DNA of 64,000 nt. Origin: Catajapyx aquilonaris (Eukaryota). The notes below the pieces were generated by a model. It was not told where the DNA came from. It saw only the letters and a list, made by a program, of their open reading frames with translations, and searched no databases. Location: assembly GCA_000934665.2 (NCBI GenBank), contig JYFJ02001297.1, positions 1-64,000 on the forward strand. Reading direction: 5' to 3'. A program made the position numbers and the translations under genes. The first letter of the stretch is position 1. Every line of letters begins with the position of its first letter. Positions 39,401-51,400 of the stretch are shown in pieces.

Positions 39401-42400
39401 CACAATGACTACTTGTGGTGCCTTCACCAAACAGTTTTATCATTTTGGAATCGCGTTAATCTCTAAAAAGGCTATATTTATACGTATACACTGTACTCCC
39501 GATTTGGGTGCGGATTATCCGTGCATGGCTAAAAGTACGAAAGAATGTCAATTTTTCTCGCAAACAAAGAAATCAGTATTTTCCCAGAAGACAAACTAAA
39601 AATCTACGAAATTTTTTCTAATTTTGATTAAATCTTATTTAAAGCAGAATACAGTTGCACAGTCGTTCATTATTTATAACCTGTGAATATAGCTTGTTTT
39701 ACGGTGTCTAGGACCGTTTTCCGATTATCCGGCGACGCACGTGCAGCCATTAGCCCGGATAATCGGGCGTATACAGTGTATTTTCAAACTGCCGCTGCCG
39801 CGCCGGCGAGACTTCCATAATAAATTATACACTGTACTCCCGATTTAATATCCGGGCTAATGGTTGCATGGCGGGTGTCGTCGGATAATCGGAAAATGGT
39901 CCTAGACACCGCAAAAAAGCTATTCACAGGTTATAAATGAACTACCGTACAGTGTGTATGCTGCCATAGATTTTGACTTTGTCTTCTATAGAAAAAGTCA
40001 TATTTCTTTGTTGGCGCGACATATTGACAGTGGGTCGAATTTTCGTCCCACTGCTATATCAGTGGGACGAAAATTCTGTAACTATAGTTACTGCTAAGTT
40101 AGCAGTATCTAGCAGTGGGACGAAAATTGGACCCATTTTTTCGGACTTTCATTTAAAATTTTATTATTTGGTGATGCACGGATAATCGGGAGTACAGTGT
40201 AATATGATGTCTTCAGTTCTTCGGCTATGATGGCTTACCCAAGGCCTTACCTTTCTCAGGAGCATTTACTTTCAATGGCTTCTCTTTGTGAATATTTGTT
40301 TGTTATTTTGTGGTGGGGAGGGCTGTGCTCTCACATTTCTCCCCACTCTCAAAATACACCAATCTTGGCAGTTAGGTGTGATTTATAAAGAAACCCCAAG
40401 AAGCCACAACCAAATGATGAGATGATTATGATGATGATGATGATGATTATTATTATTATTGGGAAACAGTAGCAGGAAATGTTCAAAGATCGATTTCATA
40501 TGACCCACGGAGTTGGGCTGTTATACTACTAAATATACCATCAGCAAGAAAGGACGGCGTTTAACTTTTTAAACTCTTTCCTCTCCTTTCCAGCTGCTTG
40601 AATTGCAACTTCTTCACAACTGAAATGGCCATAGAATGCACTAGGAAGATTAAGTAGCTTTAATTTTTATTGCTGTAGCAAATGCAGATGGCGGCCCAAA
40701 TTTAGCACCGCATTTGTGTACTGGTACTTGTGGATGCATTTTGTAATAGCAAACCTAGAAATCTCTCTACAGTGGACTCTGCAGAAGATTTCTGTGATCC
40801 CGGCACTGAGGTAGAATATTTGTCACATAGAATGGAACCCATCTAAAGACACGGACAGCATTTCGAGGTACCTCAGTAAGACAATACTGGGTATACCGGA
40901 AGATTGCATTATATTGTCAACCATAATAATTAACACCCTCCGGAAACTAATAGCCACATATGTATAGAGATGCTTTCTCACCTATCCCATACTGGACTAG
41001 TGGACTACATCCAGGTAAGATGATTTAGTTATTTCCCAGAAATGTGGAAGGAAGGAGACATTTTTTTTTGAAATCTACAGGCACATGTTATTATTATTAT
41101 TATTTTTTGCAACATAATCTGTTAATATTCACTACAAATTGAATTTCATTTTCACAGATATTAGCACAACCTCAATAATTACCATGTGCCATGGTAAAAT
41201 CAATACTTGCACACCTCCTTTCTCTCTGTATGTGACAAGACTTCATCTTTTTAGGCGCTTCTTACCAGTTAAAACAATCATGTTGCCTGCACTGTTATTG
41301 GACCATGATTGATCATAACCATACAAGCTGATTTGCTCTGGCATCAAAAAAGACAATTGCATTTGGAGTCTCTCAAGCCACAAGAAAAAGCTGGGACTAA
41401 TAATAATAATGGATACCTCGTGATAGGCCTCCGTGGGACTCTTAGGGGATCAGCTTTTGAATAACCGTCTTTAATCATTGCCTACGCTGCGATGGATTTT
41501 GATTGCGGGAGGAAACGGGAGAACCCTGAGAAAACCCACGTGAACACGGAGAAAACCCATCAAAACTCTATCCACATAATTATCCTCCGTCCGACCCAGG
41601 GATCGAACTCGGGACCTTAGAGGTGGAAGGCTGCAGTTCTAACCACTCCGCCCAAAAGCTGGGACTAATAAAACTGCAACAGCATGTAAGACTTTCAGGA
41701 ACCTGTTTATGAATCCACTTGTACTGTACCAAAATTAGAAGCACGTGACACTCTTTTCCTACAATATTAAAAATTGTGTAAAGTATGAGACAAAAAACAT
41801 GTCAATCTTGGCGAACCTTTCCTTATTTGCAGAAGGCAAGCCAAATAATAATTCAACAACTATGGGTCATATCAGATTTGGAAAAAGTGAGCATCTGTTG
41901 CTTATCTTCTCGCACCTATCTGTTATAGTCAATCATGTATAACAGAAACATGATTAATCAGTGGTTACAAAGCAGCTTCAGACTTGGCTCTTGATCATGA
42001 GTGCAGTAACAATAATACGAGAATGTATGTCGATTTGGTGAAGGTTCTCCTATATAAGGCTTATATGAACAGGATAACAAATAAATAATATCGGTTGAGT
42101 TGTTGCGGGTGATTTATGCCAATTCTGCTGCAGCGCAATGTCCATCTAGCCTACATGAATGTGGGAGTCTGGCATAGTTAGAAAAACAGCAGTTCTCTTA
42201 ATGACTGTACAAATACAAATTGTTTGGTTCATGAAGTCCCAGTCAAACTGCCTCACAAGCAATGTTGTGGTTTTCAGCTTTGCTTATAGATTTTATACCC
42301 ATTGTAGCACTTACTACAAACATTCATCAGGCATCACTAAAGCACATAACCATACTTGAACCTTGACATGAACTAAATGGACTGCATGTGTTTTGGGATG

Positions 42401-45400
42401 TGTCACTTCAATGCATTTCCAGAGTGACAAGGGTATTGCATGAATGAGACTCTGGGATTGGAGAGAGGTGTCAATTAACACAGTGACACCTGCCTGTAAC
42501 AGACCCCAGAAACTAGGAAAACTAGTCCCTCATGGAACTTTTGTTTAGTCCACGTGTAGGAGTTTCAGTGCACCTCTGTTGCATATAAGGGAAAACTGTT
42601 CAGCACTAAAAGAAGTTACTCTAGAGTCTGAAAATCCTATTTCTCTCTCTCTCTCTCCTTCTGGAACACACAGTCAGATTGGAATGTCTTTGAAAACAGT
42701 AGGAGAGCTGTAGGTGGTCATTTTTAGGTGAATATTGCATGAATCTTGACAGCTTGTTTCATCGCAGTGAACTTTGGTTTGACTTACCTCATGCTCAAAT
42801 CAGCCCACTCTAACCAACTAATAATAATCCTACCTCATTTAAATCCTAGCAAGTCTCATTTGCAACATTCCCTTGTGAACCATGAAAGTACAGGTAGCCT
42901 CTATTTTATGACATTTTACATCAGTGGTTCCCAACCATTTTTGCCACGACCCTATCTATACAACCTTTCCTCAACCTGGCGAAAAAACCTGACATGATTA
43001 TAGATCTGAGATGAATTCTCTCTCTCCCCCCTCCTCTTTTCCTGCTTTTCCTTATTTTTCTTCTTTTTTCTATATTTCTATCTCCTTTCCCTGGCCTTCC
43101 CCGCATGCTGGTGACCCAATATTGTGGGTCGCAACCCAAGGGTTGGGAACCACTGTTTTACATTAACTTCAAAATTACCTCAAATAAGTGACAATAAAAA
43201 TTTAAAATAAAAAATTGATATGGCACATATTGCTGAAATGCCTGTCAGTCAAAACACCCAATAGGTACAGTTCCGAGTATAAAGTTGGAGACGGCAGGCC
43301 CTCCCCTTCGGCAGCGTGCTCTGCCAATCCCTGCAATTACGATATCAAATATACAGTAATAAATACAAGAACACACGCATAAAGCAGCTAACTTGTCCCA
43401 AAAAGAGTCTATTAATTTGAGTAGAATAAAAGGAAGGTCAGAGTATGCCCACAGCATCTCCAACTTTATGCTTGGGGTTGTACCTATTTGTTTTTCCTGG
43501 TGCATTAAAATTAAAAATTTTTTTACGACTTTTCAATTTACAACTGTTTTGCTGGAACCTAACACATAAAACAGGGGCTCCCTGTGCTCTGCTTAAAGGA
43601 GTACATACATGAGGCAATCCACACAATATCAATACATCAGTAGTCAGCCATAATCATGATACACACATTCTATCTTATTATAATAAATATATTGCACAAA
43701 CCTTGTGGAACACCTTGTTAGAAATAATTAATGGCCAAAAATGTATTCCAATTTACAGCACATGTGCATAAAAGTTATGAAACTATTCTAACATTTTTTG
43801 TACTTCATCGTATACTTTAGAAGGGGACAATACCTATCAACAAGCTACTAACCCTCGAATTTTATAACATTAGACAATGGATGCTTCCTGTCCTATCTTT
43901 ACAGTTTGCTATACACAAACCCAGGTTAGTCTGGTTTATATCAATGTATTTTAAAGCATACCTTCTGGCCTCATAAAAACATGCACAACTGCATCACTTG
44001 AGTACTGTACCGTACCAAAATCAGCTCTATTCAACAGGGCTCATCAACTTTTAGTAGCCCTTGGGTGTGTTGTTACACCCTCACTGTAATAACCTTGCCA
44101 TGCATCACCAACGAGCATACTTCATGCACATAAATTTACTTACGTGGAGTTCGAGTGTTCTGTGCTGCAGTGAGTGGTGAGTTTCGGTTGGCAGGGAACC
44201 GGAAGCGTGGCCCTCCTGATTCATGTGAAGTGGCTGAGAGTGAAGAGTGATCACTGAGTTGACTAGGAGGCCTTAACTCCACCTTCTTTGACTCTGGAAT
44301 CACCATTGTTGGCACTTAGACTGGATTACAAAACTGACATGTTCACTGTTGCTCATGCCAAACTTGAGCATTGGAATTGCCTGAGACACTTAGGCAACTG
44401 AGACATGCAATGGGAACAACCTCTCCCAACTTCAGGATATTGATTCAGGTGATCAATAATGACAAGGTCATTCGCTCAATTACAGGAATGAGTTATGCCC
44501 TGCGTGAGGAGCTACAGATGACTCACTTTGCCAATCCCGGAGCCCAAGTTGCTTCAAGGGAGTCTTGCTTACAGGTACATCACTAATATCACTGGTCGAG
44601 CTATGGGGAGACGTGTCCAGGCTGCGGTTGTTGTTGGCAGTCCCAGAGGAGGATGGTTCAGTGGTGCTGGTTTTGGTTAATCTAAAATAAGACCATTTCA
44701 AGGTGTCATAATCATGTACATATTGGAATCACTTAACATTTAAAAAGTGCCACTCTCAAAAAAAATAATTGTGCACACACAGACACCTTGCCTTCATGTT
44801 ATATGCAATGAACAATTTTATGGAGCTATTTAATCATAAACGAATATTCTCGAAGAATCCCTTCTGAAAACTGCACGCAATCATTAGTCCAAAACTTTGG
44901 TATTATATCCTGGAGCATGGTCCATTTCACCTGTTAATAAACTGCATAAAACTAGTTAGAGCTGTGGTGGGGTATGATGAGTGCAAGTTATGACCCAGAA
45001 TACCAAATAGTCAAGCATTATTTTTTGACCCCTCCTCTCTCCATATCAGCCTGGACACTAATTCCTTTAACTCTCTGCTATACCATTCCATGCTTTATGG
45101 ACACAATCTGTTCCATAACAGCTGCCCTTAACCCTTTTGTTCCCAGTTGCCTGTTGTGTAGGCAATGCATACTGAAGTGCTGTATACCAGTACCAATCTT
45201 TGGACAAGATGTTTGGAGGTGTTGGCAAAAGCACCTGCTGGTGTGTTATTACTGGGTTGGAAGGGCCAAATATGTGTTCAAGTCGGTCTTGGGCTCATCT
45301 GCAAGGCTGTATGGTAATTTTGGTTACAGCAGAACCACAACCTTTTCCACAGGGAGTTGAGTTTCAGTAATTCATTAAAAAACCAGTGTTGCCTTATGTT

Positions 45401-48400
45401 GTCTTTTGCATTTGTTCCTCAAATTGTAACAACTTTGGAACCCACACCAAAAATTGTGCCTTGTGGTGGCCCATAACAGAGTACGTATAATATGACTGGA
45501 AAAACCTCGGGGACCCCGGCATAAATAAGCCATAAAAGACCGCAATATTAGCGCAGATTTGCCTGGCCATCCCCTCAGAAACAAGCAGACAGCCAGCCTA
45601 ACACTATCAGGGTCTGGTCATACTAAGGACCACGGGTGCAAGATGTGGCAACCTTTCACCCTGCCTAATGTGGAAATGGACAGCATTTTAATGGACCATC
45701 AGAAGGGTCATACATTCATTTTTTTTCACATATGCAGAATATGGACTACCCTGGAATACCTGTAAGTCAGTTGCCCATAAATTACATAACCAAGTTACTA
45801 TACTACGTAGGGGAGGGGAGAATAGGCCAAAAGCCGAAGGGAGATATAAAGCAAAACATTTTGAACATGTTCAATTTATTGGCAACCAACTTAACAGGGT
45901 AGTCTGGGGTAGTCCAAAGGTTAGTTTGAATTTAAACAAAGGCTGTTTATGAGCTGCCTTCCAAGCAGATGGTTTCCCTTGTGAGGACTACCCCAGACAA
46001 GTAGGCTACATGAGAGATAAGACTACCCTAAGTTAATTACCCCTCGGGTCCATCAATAACAAAAAAGCCAAATTGATACTGCATTAATGTCAGCCCACTT
46101 AAAAGATTATAGCAACTTTCAATAAAATCTGATGGCAGGTAAGTTTTTTTCATATACAGGGTGTTCCAAGTAGGGGGTCCTTTCAGCTATTGGCAAAGCT
46201 GTTATTTTTGTGCCCCAATTGAGGCCACCAGGTGATAAACTACACCTAATATCACCAGCTGCCATCTTTGACCACACCTAGGAATAATATTGGGCCCCTA
46301 AATTAGGGCACAAAAAGCTACACAAGAATATCATCTTTGGGTGAAAGTGCTGATAACTAAAAAGGATTCCAATACTTGGAACACCCTGTATACATGTGTC
46401 ACACTACATTATGATGAATGCTTCCTTTGTGTCTTGAATATTATTAAATAAATTAAAACACCAAGATCTAATTACATTTTCGCAGACCACTCAGTAAACA
46501 CAAAAATATGGTCGTATTAATTGGAACTTTGTTTTGTAGGCCATCAGGTCATGTGATACAGTCACAAACCATACATACCTTCTGCTCCTCTGGTGACTTG
46601 CACCATGAGGGGTCCTGCTTGTTCCAGGGACTGTCTCCTTTCGTCTCTGCACGGCAGGGGAGGTAGCAGCACTAGGCAGGCTTGCAAAGACTCTGCTCTT
46701 GACTTCCCGAAGCTTGGCCCTTGGCTTCATCTTCTCTTCCTTCTTTCCCTGGGCAATTTTGTCCATCACATCAGCCCAGCGATTCTTCCTTGGGGTTGGC
46801 TTGTGCAGAGGACGAGTATTTTCTTGATTTTCGTGGCCCTCACTTGAAGTCCCTGCAACCTCTTCTGCCTTTGTAGAAAGGGGCACCGGAGATTCCAGCA
46901 TGGCCTTCACCTTTGATGGAACAGCTTTGCGGGGCTGTTTTGGTGGCTTTGGAGATGGCAGGGGAGATGGCTGTGGGGCACTACTAGGTTTCATTGATGG
47001 TGGTTTTCCCCTTGCTGGAGTTGGCCTTCCAGGGTGAGATTCCAACTGGAATGAGGAATAAAAGAAGATATAAATTCTGGCTTAACTCCTGCTTTTTAAT
47101 ATCAAAGCATGTAAAATAACAATGTTTGTCACCCCACACCTCAGGATCACACCTACAAATAGTTCATTTTTGTTTTCCACAGTCAGCATAAATAGCAAAC
47201 ATAGACTATGTAAAAAAAACCAAGGGGTGGGGTGGATGGGGGAGAGAAAATAGGTAGCCTACACTGTATTTCATGTTTCATGCAGTTTGTGTTGAGCTGT
47301 GGAAAATCCAGATATTCAATGGTGGTGGTCCATAATGCACTCTCATGTTGAATCCCCTTATCTCACAATGCAGAAGAGAATGGGCTCCATGCACAGTGCA
47401 GTCATATTCTGTGCTACCCCTATTGGTTCTTCATGCACATGACCATTTGGCATGGGTACAGCTTCACAAGCTTGTCGTTTGCCAAACTAAATGGCATGAG
47501 ACAGGAAGGAGAGTTCCGTATTTGATGAAATCATAGTTGTTTCATACGATTAGTTTTAGTTTCTAAGCTTGGAAATAAAAAATAAATTAGGTTACAAACT
47601 TGAGTCACAAGGGGATATGTCAAACTATGCAACCAGTTCATTCATGTCCATAATTTCATCACGCTTACCATCCGTGAGAGTTTGATGCATGTGCAACATC
47701 TAGTTTTGCACATTATGAGGCTCAGAGCATTAACTGCATATGTCTCATTTGCTCTCGGATGTAGCATTGATTGTTTCTAATTTCCACAGTTAAGACATTG
47801 TGAACTGAAGTCAGGAGAATTCCTTCACACCCTAGAGATTACATGTGACATAAAAGTTAGAAGATCACATTTTAAATTCCCCCCACGTTAACACAAATCT
47901 CAACTATTTGTTCACTACAACGAAGAAAAATTTAGCATTGCATAATGAAAATGTAATTGAATGCATAAACATAAAATATTACCCTGGACTCCGTGTGTGC
48001 TGAAGATGCAGTCCTCCTAGGGGTTTTTCCACTTTTCTCACTGGGTAAAGGCTTCACCACCTGGGAGGATTCCTCTTCAACAGCAGGTGCTGGTTCAACA
48101 GCAGGTGTAGCTGCAGATGCACCCACATCAGCTGGGGGAGGGGGTGGGTTGGGGTTGCCAGGTGTGGAAACCAGGACCACACATTTGGTAGGCACAGTCA
48201 TGTCTGTCAAGATCATTTCCACTGTTTCACTTGCTGGAGTTGTCACATGTTCCTCCACCATATGCACCACTGTCAACTCAGGCTGCAAACACAGGCACAC
48301 ATTTATAATGACATTTACAATGAAAGGGCAATGCCTCAAAAAGGTCAGAGCTTCAGTTAAAAACTTACTACGGCCTGAACAATATGCAGAGCAAATCATT

Positions 48401-51400
48401 CTCCATCTAATTCCTAGGCAGCAAACACAGACACTGACACTAATTCTGCGCTCCTAATGTAAAAATACACACACACCTCCAAAATCAATATATCCTTTGC
48501 AGCAGGCTCCATCCTTTGTTAGTTTGTGACCTTCCCAACTTTGGTTTCAAACAAAACTTGGCACAGCCAAACTGCATTATTCCTGTTTCAGGTGATTATG
48601 CTGTAATATAATGTTCCAACACAAAACAGTTTTATTTTCTTCATAATAGGCAATGCAATATAGCAGTTCAATGCTCGATTCATTTAAATGATGCTAGTGG
48701 CACAGCATATGTAATTGTTTCTACCCTGACAGCAGTTTTGGAAGGCCAATATATTTACCACATGAAGGGCACATAAATATTGCATTGATTGCCAAAAGTG
48801 CATTTGTAAAATGCAATACACTGGCAAGAATTTTGTTTCATTCTGTGAATCATATTTGAGAAAGGGAATTTTGTCATTTCAGCCCTGGTTCAAGTAAATC
48901 ATGCATCTTGAATACATAACCAGTTATTGTAAAAAAACAAATTATGAATAATTCCCTTACTTCAGTCTTATATAACATAGCCTTGGTATACAAAACAAAA
49001 TTTCCATACCAACTGTATCCAGAATGATTTAGAAAAAGGCACTGCTACAGACAATAATGATATACAGTTGAATCCGGATAGCCTTGGCTTTAAGTCTTTA
49101 ACCGACTTTCGGTTGTAACATACTCGAAAGGCCGGTCCCTCCTCACTTCCATTTATGGCCTCTGTATTCGGCTATAACAGACCTTGGTTATAACAGGCTG
49201 ATTTACACAGTCCCTTGAAGTCTGTTATATCCAGATTCAACTGTCATACAGTAGACTCCGATATAACAGACTACAGGGGACTGGGAAAAAAGGTCTGTTA
49301 CAGCCAAATGCCTCTTTTTGAAATGAATACACAGTCTTTAGCCTGCCCTATGCCTATAATTAGAGAACGGATTTCTAGGTTTTTACCTACTTTTTATTCT
49401 GTAGGCAGAACACTGGAACCAAAATATCTGTCAATTTCATAACACAAGGACCTCGAAAATCGTAGTTTTCTAAAACCTAAAATTGCCCATTAGCGCCTAT
49501 TTTGCACCTATTTCCACCTTTTTGACACCGTTTTGTAATATTTGCGACAGTTCTGCGGGTTTTCTGTTCAAAGAACCTTTCCCACTTCAACCGGTGAAGG
49601 GCGAAGAAGCTGTAGGTATGCCAGATGAACTGGCTCTAGAAGACATTTCACTTTTCAAGTATGATCCAGTTGCTTTGTGTGACGTCAAGAGGTAATTTCC
49701 AGAGTGTATAAATGTATTGTCAGACAGGTGTCACCGAATAACTGTGATTAACCAATGAAAATATAGAACTGCTAGTTTATTACTGTGCCACAAAATTCCA
49801 TGGTCAACAGTAGGCTGTAATATTTTGTAGAAATGAAAATAAATTAGGACCTGCTTGATTTTTACCGCCTATTAAGAGCCTATTTTGACTGTTTTCATGG
49901 CCTACCTATTTGAGGGTTTTTTAGAACCTAAAAATCTGTTCCTTACCTATAGCTATAATGCACACTACTGCATACTGATTAATAAAACCATCCATAAAAA
50001 TGCAAATGCAAAATTAGCTAACCTGTATATTACACAGGACCTAACAAATTTCGTAATTTTCTTCTGTCATCTCCTTGTTGTTAAATATAACAGAAAAAGA
50101 ATAATTGTACCTTTTCAGCAAGTGTAAATGAGTGTCTCTTAAACTTGCTGCATGCCATCTCGGCTGTCTTCGTTTGAACTGCCTGACTCAGGTATAGGCT
50201 TGGGTCTACAGTGCGTAAGCCTGGGAACCAAGGTCAGCCCTGTGACCCAGCACAAAGGACCAAAACTTATGAGTAGGAAGCTTAGATCAGTGACAGATGG
50301 GAAAATCACCCAGCTGCTCCAGTATGCGGTGCCTTTCTTGTATGGGAAAATGATGGTCAGTAATCAAAAGCAGTATATTTTCCCACCATAGGACCAAGAA
50401 TGGTCTGTTATAGCCATGGTGAGGTGAAAAATGAGTCTGCTATATCCAGAGTAAAAATACACATGGCCATATGGAAGTATGGTAGGATCAGCTTTTTGAG
50501 TATGTTACAACAGCGAGTCAGTTATAGTTGAAGCTGTTATATCCCAGTCAACTGTATTATCCAATTAAGCTTGATGATAAGCAGTGGCTGTTTTCAACTG
50601 CCCTTGTCCTAAGCTTGAGTCACTACAGTCTTGATTCACTAGCTTAATAAACATGAATGGAATTTGATTGCAAGGTATATTATTTTCTCACACAACACAT
50701 CTCTTTTCAACAAAAAATATTCATTAATTTAGGCTTGTGGGTCCATAATGAATCAGAATGTTAACTGTAAAACAGATGAATCAGTGTAAGTTTGAGTAGC
50801 CATAAGAGGTGCTTTGACACTGTTAGAGCACCATAGACATGGTTGAAATGATATGAAAACTGCCTCAGCTATAGTGAGAAATTAGCCTGGACCTGTGACT
50901 TGAAGGCATCTCTGTCCCTCTAATAGTCTAGTGAAACTGCACCTAATGTGCACCAACCTAGCTTACCTCTTGAGAATTGTAATTGCCCATATTCATAACT
51001 AACTACATTTAAAAATATAAGGTTACTCACTTCAGCAGCCGATTTCTCCACTGTGAAAGTAGTATCAAGTGTAATCTTGTCACCCTCCTCCTCACAGGCT
51101 TCCATCTGGCTGTCTGTGTCTACATCTGTCCTGGGTCTGTTACTTTCCACATCTGAGAAAACTCCACTGGAGTCCATCTCAGACCCCTCCCTGGCTGGTA
51201 GCATTGCAGCTACCTTCACCCCACCTCCATTGCCATTGTCTCCATAAAGGGTCCCATCTATCACCCTGGCCATTCTATCTCTGGCTAAAATGGGAATCTC
51301 CCCTTCAGCCTCACTCTCCTCTGTCCCAGTCCCAGCAGCTCCCGCATCCGAGCAGAAATCTGAGTCTGTCATAGCCTCAAAGCGGAACTTGTGGTGAACA

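Noticed and set aside
41590..41653. tRNA-like A/B boxes here and at about 29675, 54300, 54880 and 58900
   Set aside because: No complete cloverleaf. Most are attached to SINE bodies, tails or TSDs, so they are SINE heads rather than tRNA genes.
43245..43330. Possible alternative terminal exon (TTGCAG|GG ATT GGC AGA...TGA) truncating the protein before the coiled coil
   Set aside because: It is phase-compatible, but the pyrimidine tract is poor and I found no nearby poly(A) signal. The candidate at about 40560-40618 is similarly weak.
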